This document shows, piece by piece, positions 27,308 to 38,700 of a DNA stretch of 47,536 bases. Every line of letters begins with the position of its first letter. Position 1 is the first letter of the stretch. The translations under genes were made by a program, and so were the position numbers. Under the pieces are notes generated by a model. The model was not told the DNA's origin, did not search any database, and saw nothing but the letters and a program-made list of their open reading frames with translations. Origin of the DNA: Seison nebaliae (lineage: Eukaryota); assembly GCA_023231475.1 (NCBI GenBank), contig JALJEE010002363.1, positions 1-47,536 of the forward strand, read 5' to 3'.

Positions 27308-29800
27308 ATGTCTAAAGTTCGATATACATCAAAATTAGGATGCGATGACGCACCAAAATTAAAAGACGAAACGGAAATATTACCAGACGGAGATATGGCG
27401 ACGGTTGTTGAGGAATTGAATGATCAATGTTTGGTATGTCTGGAAATGATATCGGTAGTAAGTGAAGTATGGAATTGTGAGAATTGTTACGTGCAACTTC
27501 ATCTCTCTTGTTTGAGAGATTGGATGAGAGAATCATCTCGAAAGATTTGTTTGTCACAACAGAAAGCAACAAGCGATTGGTCGTGTCCGAAATGCCGGAA
27601 AATCTATTCTCATGCTCCACAATATTATTGTTATTGTGGGAAGGTGACCAATCCTCCACACGATCACACTCGATTCACTCCTCATTCTTGTTATGGACAT
27701 TGCTTGAAACGACTCTCTGATAATTGTCATCATAAATGTCAACGGTTATGTCATCCGGGTAAATGTGGACCATGTGCTGTAATGGTGCGAACTAATTGTT
27801 TTTGTGGAAATGTTTCTGACGTTATCAAACGATGTTATGAGACGCCATTCGCTTGTGAAAAGATGTGTGAGAAGGAGTTGAGATGTGGTGAGCATTTGTG
27901 TGAGAAGACGTGTCATGAGGGAGATTGTGGGAATTGTGAAGTGCGCGTGAACAAATTGTGTGAATGTGGAGAAGAATGGATGAATGATGTACCGTGTTCC
28001 CAAATCGTCAACTGTGAAAGGATTTGTAAGAAAACGAAAAATTGTGGAATACATGAATGTGGTGGGCGTTGTGAACACGAATGCACATTAATTTGTGAAA
28101 AGAATCGAAGTTGTGCTTGTGGTCAAACGGAATATGTGAACAATAAATGTATGGATCGAATACCCTTGTGCACGAAACGTTGTAATAACTTTCTCGATTG
28201 TTCCATACATCAATGTCAACTAATCTGTCATTATGGTGATTGTAAGAAATGTATGGTGAAAGTGAAGAAACGTTGTCGTTGTGGGAAATGGGAGAAATTG
28301 GTGGATTGTTCAACAAAAGAATATTTCTGTGAAAATCGATGTAATAAATTGTTGGATTGTGGTCGACATAAATGTAAAGAGAAATGTTGTCTTCATGAAA
28401 ATGATGAATTGGCAGTCTGTCGAAATCGATGTAATCAATATCTGTCATGTAATAAACATTATTGTAAAGAATTGTGTCATGCGGGTAATTGTGGTTTATG
28501 CGAGAAACGAATTCCTGTCAAATGTTCGTGTGGTAAGACGATCATCTCAATTCCTTGTACGAATGACAGAAAGAAGAATCGACAATTAGCATTGGAACGA
28601 ATCAATTGTCCATTCCCATGTGAGCGACGTGTTCGATGTGATCATGAGAAAAGGATAACTGATCAAATAAATCTTCCCGGAATACATCGATGTCATCCGG
28701 AGAATGTCGAATGTGAAAGTTGTCAATTGATTTGCAATAAGAAATATGAGAATTGTAAACATTCTTGCAATTCTCAATGTCATTCACCAATTATTAATCA
28801 GAAATTAAGTTTATTTCAGGTGAAACGCACTTCCTGCCCACCTTGCACACAATTGGTGACTGAATTGTGTTCGAAACATTTGACACCTGTCGAGATGTCT
28901 TGTAGTGACTCGTTATCCTTACGTGGATTGGGAGCAAATTGTCAAATGGTTTGCCAATCATTATTAAGCTGTTCAATTCATTATTGTCAGAGGAAATGTC
29001 ATAATGATGGTTGTGGAGAATGTCGAAAGAAATGTTCGAGGAAGCGTCAATGTATTCATCTCTGTCAATTAAATAATTGTCATCGTGGCGATTGTCCACC
29101 GTGTACAACTCGTGTTCGAACAACATGTTTCTGTAAACGAAAGAAATTAAATTTGATTTGTAAAGATTTGAGTGAAGATGTGCGTTTATTTGTGGAATCG
29201 GGTCGATCATCTGATTTGTCTGAGGAGAATGATGAAATTTTCAGATGTAGACGAACATGTCTCAAATTGTTGGAATGTGGTCATCAATGTACGAGAAATT
29301 GTCATAAAGATGATTGTAATCAACTCGTCGGATGTAAGAGAGATGTAGTCGTTACATGTCCTTGTGGGAATTTGAAAGAAAAGATAAAATGTAACGATCT
29401 CTCGCCAGAAACGAAGATGTTATTTAAGAGAACGAAAAAAGAACCGATTACTCTCCAATGTTCTCCATTTTGTAAGAAGGTGGAAGAGGAGAAGGAGAGA
29501 ATTCAACTGGAAAAAAATGAGAAAATTAAAGTAAAAAAAACGATGAAGAAAAATGAGACGGAAAGAATGAGATTTAATGAGAAAATGGAAGAGAATATTC
29601 CAACGGAAATCGATTTGAAGAAAAAAGAAGAAAATATATTAAAAAATTCGAAAAGGAGAAAATATGTTTGGCGATGTTTATTCTTATTACTTCTCATCAT
29701 TTTAATGATAATTCCAATTTATTTCATTTTACGATTAATGAGTAATGATATTAATCCAATCGAAGAAATTGTTGAGACAACTCCACAAACTGAATTATGA
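27308..29800 (+). CDS. NFXL1: NF-X1-type zinc finger protein NFXL1, intronless
   Basis: N-terminal RING-like domain (CLVC...HLSCLRDW...WSCPKCR), many NF-X1 repeats (CxxHxCxxxCHxGxC), coiled coil and a C-terminal transmembrane segment as in NFXL1. Confidence 0.9.
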   Translation: MSKVRYTSKLGCDDAPKLKDETEILPDGDMATVVEELNDQCLVCLEMISVVSEVWNCENCYVQLHLSCLRDWMRESSRKICLSQQKATSDWSCPKCRKIYSHAPQYYCYCGKVTNPPHDHTRFTPHSCYGHCLKRLSDNCHHKCQRLCHPGKCGPCAVMVRTNCFCGNVSDVIKRCYETPFACEKMCEKELRCGEHLCEKTCHEGDCGNCEVRVNKLCECGEEWMNDVPCSQIVNCERICKKTKNCGIHECGGRCEHECTLICEKNRSCACGQTEYVNNKCMDRIPLCTKRCNNFLDCSIHQCQLICHYGDCKKCMVKVKKRCRCGKWEKLVDCSTKEYFCENRCNKLLDCGRHKCKEKCCLHENDELAVCRNRCNQYLSCNKHYCKELCHAGNCGLCEKRIPVKCSCGKTIISIPCTNDRKKNRQLALERINCPFPCERRVRCDHEKRITDQINLPGIHRCHPENVECESCQLICNKKYENCKHSCNSQCHSPIINQKLSLFQVKRTSCPPCTQLVTELCSKHLTPVEMSCSDSLSLRGLGANCQMVCQSLLSCSIHYCQRKCHNDGCGECRKKCSRKRQCIHLCQLNNCHRGDCPPCTTRVRTTCFCKRKKLNLICKDLSEDVRLFVESGRSSDLSEENDEIFRCRRTCLKLLECGHQCTRNCHKDDCNQLVGCKRDVVVTCPCGNLKEKIKCNDLSPETKMLFKRTKKEPITLQCSPFCKKVEEEKERIQLEKNEKIKVKKTMKKNETERMRFNEKMEENIPTEIDLKKKEENILKNSKRRKYVWRCLFLLLLIILMIIPIYFILRLMSNDINPIEEIVETTPQTEL

Positions 29801-29816
29801 AATCATCAAAATCGAT

Positions 29817-31245
29817 TTATAAATAAAATTTAACTTTGTTCTCTTTAATCATCTTCGTCACTTTCTCAATATCTGGTGCCATATAACGATCCATATACCA
29901 CGGTCTGCAAACCAATCAGATAAAATTCCATGAAAAGACAAATAATAATAAATAATAATAATAATAATCAAAAGATGAATGAAATTTTGAATAATGAGAA
30001 GAAAAAGAATCGTTTGGCATTTCCAACAAACTTTATATGGTCTCTTAGAAATCCGATTAAACATTCGAGACATTTCGTCGTTCTCAATGGTCGATGGAAT
30101 TCAATCGCTTGACAATTCATCAAAATTTCGATAGCCAAAACTAAGAAATAAAAGTAAGAGAAGAATAATTTGAGAATAAACTTGTTTCCACATGTTCGAG
30201 AACTTTCAAAGATTTTCTTGCAGACCATCCGCCCATACTCACATGATCTTCAGTTCCTGCACTTGTCGTAATCGAGTCAACACTTGACGGATGACATAAT
30301 GTCTATAAATTTCTATGAATATTTTTAAATTTCTTTATATTTAACTTTATTCTCAGAGACCAATGCAGCTGATGTACATTGAGCAATCATAAATCCGGAA
30401 TTCAAACCACCATCTTCTGTCAGAAATGCTGGTAATTCACTATAAGCAGGATTGATGAGTCGTTCTTGTCGACGTTCACTGATATTCCCCAATTCATGTA
30501 CAGCGATTGCTAAATAATCTAAAGCTTTCGCCGAATATTCCCCATGGAAGTTGCCACACGATAAAATATTTCCGTTGGGGAAAACCATCTAGGATGGAAA
30601 TTAAAATTTCTTCATTTCTCTCCATAATCATAAATATTAACTGGATTATCTTGCGCAGCGTTCACTTCGATGTTCATGATATTTCTCACGAAATTCAAAG
30701 TATCGAAAACGATTCCATGAACTTGTGGTGTACATCGAATGGAATATGCGTCTTGCACTTTTCCACAATTCTTGTGACTCATCGAAATATCAGACAACGT
30801 TCCATCTTCGGTTAATAAAGAGAAAATATGTTTAGCTACTTTCATTTGACCGACATGTGGTCGCTGTTCATGAATTTCAGGTAAGAATGGTATTATTGAT
30901 CCACGTAATCCTTCGATCGTCAATGCCGTTGCGATATTTGCCATCGACACTAAATTTGTTGCTCGTTCCAAAACTAAATTCAATAAGAAAGTTTAATAAA
31001 CAAATAATAACACAAATTTCTTACATAACCGATCAGTATTTTCACATACCTCTCGATACTACTACGGGTTATCTAATAACATTGGACTTCAGAATTTTAG
31101 GATTTCATTTTTTTCTACGATCCCACAGATTCTATGCCAATCGATCGGGAATCACTAGTGGAATTACACCGATTGATCAACAGTGGCGAGGAGCGACATT
31201 TTTTTGCATTTTTTTCTACCTTATCCTCACGGGAATTTTAATCAA

Positions 31246-31298
<53 letters not shown>

Positions 31299-32457
31299 CC
31301 TTCTACTCCGATCGCTACGATAAATTGAGTTCCATTCACCATTGATAGACCTTCTTTCGGTCCCAATACCAATGGTGTTAATTTATGGAAATTTAATACT
31401 TCAGTGGCATTCTTCACTCCAGTTTCTTCACTCCACATTTCTCCTTCTCCCATCAGTCCTAATGTCAAATGAGCTAATGGTGCGAGATCACCACTGGCTC
31501 CAACCGTTCCTTTCATCGGAATTCGTGGAAGACAAGATTTGTTGAATGCATTAATCATACTCTCCACACATTGCTCTGAAACGCCAGAGAATCCCTTACT
31601 TAACACGTTGATACGTAACGCCATTATTCTTCGAATTGTATCACTATCTAATGATGGTCCCACACCAGCCGCATGTGATCTAATCAGATTCTCTTGGAGA
31701 ACTCTTCGAGAAAAATAATTAGAAGAATACATCTCAAAGTTTGAGAGTGAAAGATAAACATCAAATTATTTTTCTTGATTACAGTCGATGAGAATTTACC
31801 AAATCCTGTATTAATTCCATATTTGACTGGAAGGAAGCAAATTTAGAAGAAAGTTAGAAGAAATGAGAAGGAATAAAGTTGAAATTATCAACCTTGATCT
31901 TCTGATATGATTTTAGAGACGATATTTCTCGAGTTCTTTATTCTTTCTTTCACTTTATCCGATATCTGTTTAATAATTATAAACTATGGAAAAATAATGA
32001 TCAAATATTAACTTTTATCTTATATTTACCACTCCCTAATTTTTGAACTAATTTTGTCGTTAAAGATGAACCGTCCAAATAGACAACGTTATTTTCAGCT
32101 TCATCTTCTTCTTGTTCATCGTTTTGGGATTCATTTGATACTGAAAATTAGAGAAGAATTTGAATTTTTTTTGATATTTTCATAAGAAATTCCGAACCGA
32201 ATTTTAACGATTTCCTATCACCTATTTCTTCATGTAAGTCAATTTGCTCATTATTTTTCTGATCGATAATTTTAGAAAATTTCAAAGTTTTCCCATGATA
32301 TTCACTATATCTTCAAAAGGAATGAAAGACTGAAAGAAAGAAAAAGTGAATGAAGAAACAATCCATCAAGTTGTTCAACAACTTTCGTCAATTTATCGTC
32401 ACTTCGAATATTAGGAACAGTGAATATCGAGTCGCCATATTTGCAAAAGATATTCAT
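29817..32457 (-). CDS. HAL: histidine ammonia-lyase; introns 32311-32359, 32141-32197, 31966-32012, 31827-31892, 31704-31759, 30974-31299, 30589-30641, 30303-30345, 30141-30181, 29905-30031 (3' end uncertain)
   Basis: [21 protein letters not shown] motif [55 protein letters not shown]. Confidence 0.96.
31037..31297 (+). repeat. dispersed repeat, copy B, with long (AAT)n tail, inside a HAL intron
   Basis: Homologous to 705-933 in the opposite orientation; accounts for the 326-nt intron among ~50-nt introns. Confidence 0.75.
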
Positions 32458-32701
32458 CGTCGTCGTAATTTCTATGAAAAATTTTCCACTTACAAGTTAG
32501 TTGGATTATTAAAATGTCCTTTAACTTTTGAAAGGTGAAATATCGTTAGACGTTCCGGTTGATTAATGTTAATATTATTTCATATATTTTATTTCAAATT
32601 AACGTCGAAAAATAATAATAAAGAAGATTGTTTATTGAAAAGAAATCCCATTCTCCATTTGTTTCATGATCACGTTTGTCTATTCTAATTTGTAAACATC
32701 A

Positions 32702-35700
32702 TTATTGATTGTGTATTATGGATGTTGAAGAGGTGGACGAATTTCGACATGGATCTATTTTTGATACATAACTATCCAACGGTTCCCATCCCCCACCAAC
32801 TCGGACCATCACACCGTTTCTCAAAATTCTTATTAATTTCGTTGTGTTGCCAATCTGACGGAAAGGAATAAAATCGATTAAGAATTCTTGGAAAATATTT
32901 CCAACTTTCAAACGATCCGAACTGACTTGATTGATAGGAAAACGTTTAACACAACTACACCGATATGATTGTCGCAATAATTCATTTTGAATGCGAGTAT
33001 TATCCGTTACCTCGTAGGCACGCTAAAAAATCAATAAATTCTCCATCAATATTCCAATAATAAAGATAAACTTGTTGATTAGTTTTTAATCCATTGATAA
33101 ATTCTAAATAATCGATGAAACCATCGTCATTCTTATCCAAATACTTCGCCACAATTAACAACTCTTTGGGAGATGAAGGAAAACCTGAATGACAAGATGA
33201 AAATTCCATTAATGTTTATTCGAATGAATAATTTTGAGATAAACGTTGAAAATGAATGAATAAAATATATTATGATTTCCAAAATGAATATGGAAATTTA
33301 TTTTAAATATTATATGATTCAATTAATAGATATGATTAAACTAACCACAATCAAGTATTCCGTCAATAAAATCATAATGATCCAAATGATTATCCCTGTT
33401 CTTGTCTAAACATCGGAAACATTCATGAACACGATTATGATTCATTGACAAATATCTTCGAAATGAATCAATCCACGAATTGTAATCGAATTTTTCTGCA
33501 AATTTCTCATCTTCCACTACATATCGTATCTCCTGTTCAATGATCGCTTGATGTTCATCACTCAATTCTTTCACTTGATTCCACAACTGAATCAATGGAC
33601 CATAATTCGTTGCCATGACAAATTCTTCTTTGTTCAACAAATCCTTATTAAACCAATGATGTTTCTCCTTCAACACACATAACTCATCGAAGGAAATTGG
33701 TAGAGGAATTTGTCGTATCTCTTCCAAATCAGATCGAGTATTCTGCAGATATTCCTTCATCGCTCTTACATCTTCATTTTCGTTCATATTGAAAATACGA
33801 TTAACTTTCGGCACTTGTTTACTCTCCTCCAATTGTCGTCCGATATCTTTCACGTATTCGCCAATGTCGTCGAGACAATTTTCAAAGAATTTCAGATCTA
33901 AATGTCCCTCATGTTTTCCTTCATATGAATCTTTATATTTCTTCTTAAACATTTCGTAACTTTTTCTCAATTCATTCAAATTCTCTTCTTTCATCTCCAA
34001 CATTTTTATCGCCTCTCCAACTTCTTTCAATGGACCTAACGATAAATCCTCCTCAATCACCGTCAACCAACTGATGAGATTCTCTGATTTCGAAATGAAA
34101 TTTTGAGCAAATTTCAATTCTTCTTCAATTAATTTCTTCCTTTCTTGACATTCCTTATTCACTTGATTCCATAACGATAAAGTATCTTCTAATTTGTCAT
34201 GGAAGTTCTCAAATTCCACTTTTTCCTCATTCTTCCATTTTTGTTCATTGCCAAACTTTTGTAAATCATCTAAACTCTCACGACGTTGAGCTAATGCATT
34301 CTCGAAATTTGTATGATCTTCATTCAGAACCACAATTCGTTTGATCCCGTCTTTCTCCTTCTCCGTCTTCTGGTTCGTTGACGATAAATAAGATTCCTTC
34401 ACATTCTCTAACCATTTCCTAATATTTGCCAAATCGATATCACTGCGAATTTTCAAAATTAAATCATCGAAATTTCCTTCCATCGATTTCAATAATTTTT
34501 GAATTTTATCCGTTGGATTTTCGATCATTCCGATTTGTGTTGAAAGTAATTCGACTTCCATTCGTTTTTTTGCCATAAGTTCTTCGATCGATCCACGATC
34601 GAAATCTGTTAAATTCAACGACTCCTTCATTCCATCAATGTCCTCCATCACACTTTGAATTGCTTCGAGTAGCTTTGGAGAATAGAAATAATGAAAGAAA
34701 ATGAAAAAATAAAAAATTCGTTTTTTTTTCTTTGTTCGTTGACCAAATGAAAACTGAATGATACTTTTCCCCCCATAAATAAGCAGTTCTTTTTTTTTCG
34801 AGCAAAAACAATAAATTCTTATTTGAACTTCTTATCGAAAATGTGTTACCTGTTCTTCAAATTGTTCAGCCTGAGATATCCCCCCGCAAAAGAAGAAGTT
34901 AATTTTGAGAATTCGATATTAATAGAAGAAATGATAAGTCAATTTTGATAAGTGAATAAATTAGAAATTATTTTTAGATTAGAAGAACGAGAAGGATGGA
35001 TCAATAAACCTGATAAACATGACGTAGAGCTGCTAATAATTTATCTCGCTGCAATTTCAAATTCTTCAATTGCATCTCAAACGTTTCGTCGATTTCTCCA
35101 CAAATCTCTTCGTTTGTTGATGAAGCGTCGGGATTCTCTTGTCGAATTTCTTTCGCTATTTCTTCTAATCGATTGAAATCCATTTCCTTCTCCTTCTCCA
35201 ATGATTTGATTTGTGTTGTGACTAAAGATAAACGAGAATTCAATTCATTCAAACTCTCCAAATCTTCTATTTGATTTAATGTCGTTTCTTCAATATCAGT
35301 GAGGAATCGAGCGAGCACATGTGCTAATCGATCGAATTCATTTATCCGATTAAGAGCATTCTTTGCAACATTCAATTTATTTATGGAATCGATAGAAATC
35401 GCTTGTAAACGTGGAGATAGATTAAATGAATTTAATTCATTTTCATTCATATGTTCTCGCAATTGTCCAATTGCATCACATACATCCTCAACATCTCTTC
35501 CTATGTCTTCATAGAAATTGTAGACTTTCCGAGAATTAATTGGGTCATCCTCAATGGGAACGTTGGATGAAAGATGCTTCTCTAAACTCTTCAATTTTTC
35601 TTCTTGCTTCTTCATTTCTTTCCATAATAACGGTTTGTTCAAATCCATTATCGGTTTCTCCTCTAAAATGGTCGACAAAGTTTTTTCAGATCGATCATCT

Positions 35701-38700
35701 CCTCCTTTCTTCTCACGAATATATTTCTCATATTTTTCTTCAATTCCTTTCTTTTCGTCTTCGAGATCTTTTTCTATTCGATCAAGTTTCTTCTCCAATT
35801 CCTCAGTTTCTGCATCATGCTTCTTAACTTCATTTGAAATATTTTTCAATTCGGGATCTGTTAAAGTTTCGCTTTGTCCTTTCTTAATATCATCTTCTAA
35901 ACTGTCTTGTCTGAAGTTATCTTTATCCAAACTATCTTTATCCAAATTTTCTTTTTTCAAATTTTCTTTTTCCAATTGATCTTTTTCCAATTGATCTTTT
36001 ATTAAAGTTTCTTTTTCCAAATTTTCTTTTTCCAAATTGTCTTTTTCCAATTGATCTTTTTCCATAATATCTTTTTCCAATTGATCTTTTTTTAAAGTTT
36101 CTTTTTCCAAATTTTCTTTTTTCAAATTCTCTTTATTCAATTGATCTTTTTTTAAAGTTTCTTTATCCATATTATTATTATGTTCATCATTGTGTTCAAG
36201 GTCAGTTTCGGTCTTTAATCTAGTTTCTTCAGTCATTGGTGATTTTCTATCCGAAATTTCTTCTTCATTTCTTTTTTTTTCCTCATCTAATTCTAATTCT
36301 TCTTTTCTTTTTCTTTCTTCATCTTTCGATGCACGTTCTTTGTATAATTCGTTATCATTTTGCTTATCGTCTTCAACTGGAATATCTGTTTTCTCCATCT
36401 TATGAACTTCGCCCCAAGTTGGAAAATATTTCTCTCTGAAATTTTCCACATTCTCATCCACATCCATTATACTGGGTCGGACGATTGTTTCTTCTTCCGT
36501 TGGCTTTTCAATAATACCTTTAAATTTCTCATATTCTTTTTCCATTTCCTCTTTCCTTAATTCATCCAACGATTTTTCTTTCGGTTCTTTATTCTTTTCC
36601 AATTTATCCCACAATTTCCCTTTGGACAATTCGGTTTGATGATTCTCATCAGGCATAATGATATGGTCGTCATTTAATTTCACATATTTATCTTTCGGTT
36701 TACCGATTAATTTTTGGTTGGCGATTTTTTGTAAGAGGACCCAGTGAGTGAGAAGAGAATGACGAAGTAGTTGATGTTCATCAGAATTGACTAACCATTT
36801 CATATTGGATTCATAAGTATTTGATTTGAGTTTGAGCTGATTATCCAATTTTCTTATTCGATCGATTTGAGTCTGTGTGAGATATGGACGTTTCTTTTCC
36901 AAGACAGTCGATGTTGCAAATAATGAATATAATTGAAGATCTTCTTCAATGTCATTTAGCCAATTGAGAAATTGAATGAGATTATTCGATCGTTGAATTT
37001 TATCATTTTTCTGATTCGATTCCAAAAATCCATTTAATAATTCTTCAGTTTTCATATAATTCTTCTGGAGGAGATGAAGTGCCTCATTTATTAATTCTTT
37101 CTCATCTTCTATACAATCCATTTGAATGATTTCACTTCCACTTCGATAACATTTTCCTACTGAACTTTTCAGTTCTAATAAATATTCGACGAGATCTTCT
37201 CGAATACGATTATTGATGAAACTCTTCTCATAATAATGTTTCAATAAATTATTCAATTCTTCACTTCGATTCGCTGCATCATTGAATAACTTCCAAAACT
37301 TCATGGACTCTCCGGAAAATTTATTTCTTGTTCTCTTCAAATCAAAAAGAAATTTCTCAATATCTTGACAATGAACAAATAATTTCGTTATCAAATCATT
37401 CAACAACTGCATCTGCTCCTTCCCGATACTTCCAATCGGTGTTTCCGGTTCGTTTGTCACCGGATCAGTTGATGCTTTCAAATTTGCTAATTTTATTCTT
37501 AAAATTTTCGACTTTATTGCTAGATCTTGAAGAATTGTTGAATTGGAGACAATGGACGAATGAAGTGTATCATTCAATTCCACCATCTTCTGTTTCAATG
37601 ATAAATATTCTTTATAATTACCATTCTCTTTCGACAATTTCTTCTCATTTAAACCAATTCCATCATCCGTCTCTTCTAACGATTTACCATTTCTCTTCCG
37701 GTCACTACTCACACTTCCATCATTCACTTCACCGTCGTCATCACCACGACTCTCCTCATCATTCATGGTGGACGGATATAAATTAGATGCAGTCGACATA
37801 TCATTATCCATATCAAAATCAGAAGTTGGTAACTGCGGACCAATTCCTTCACTTTTTTCTTCTGTATCTTTTGTTAAAGTTGCCACACTCGCTGACATGA
37901 TTGATGGTGATCTCGTTGAGAATTTATCACTTTCATCCGAAACAGAAATATGTTTATAAAAGTCTTTCCCTGAATATGTATCTTCACTATTCTCTTCAAT
38001 TTTCTCCAAAAAGTTATTCTCATCAAAATTCCCATTATTTTCTGGGAATTTTCCATGTGACATTTGCTCATCGATAATTCCGTCATTCGCCTCTATAAGT
38101 CCATTATTTTCTTGAAATTTAGGAGGTAAATTATGTCCATCGAAATTGCCATCAGTGTCTTCAAATTTGTCATTATTCTCTTGGAATTTTCCTGGTAAAA
38201 TTTTCTCATCGAAATTTCCATTATTCTCTTGGAATATTTCTGGTAAACTTTCTTTGTTAAATTTTCGATTATTTTTTTCGAATTTCTCTGGTGATAATAT
38301 TTCGTTGACATTTCCATCATAATCTTGGAATTTGCCAGGCAAAATTTTATCATTCGATTCTTTCGGTATTGATGAAAATGAATCGACTAAAGTAGCAGAA
38401 GGAGTAGGTGATCGGTTGATGGTGATGATTATGGGAGCTTTCTGAGAAATAGAACTGACATCATCATCTTCATCATCGTTATCTGGTTGATTGAAAGGAA
38501 TATTTTGTAATGGATAATGTAAATGAGAGTTCACTGTTTCAATCGGTTTCATATTGTCGATCATCGATTTGTCATTTGAATGTTCTGTTTCATTCTCTTT
38601 CACCAATATCGAATTGGATAAGAATGAAGAAGAAGGAGAAATTGATGGACTGGAAGTAATTTCAGTTCCACTTTTAATTTGCGGTGTTGGATCAAAATGA

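Noticed and set aside
29858..30073. ORF-track frame as the HAL C-terminus
   Set aside because: The conserved PWxxDRxMAPDIE motif is in a different frame reached by splicing at 29905.
35920..36167. CRISPR-like array
   Set aside because: It is a coding 15-bp tandem repeat without unique spacers in a eukaryotic gene.
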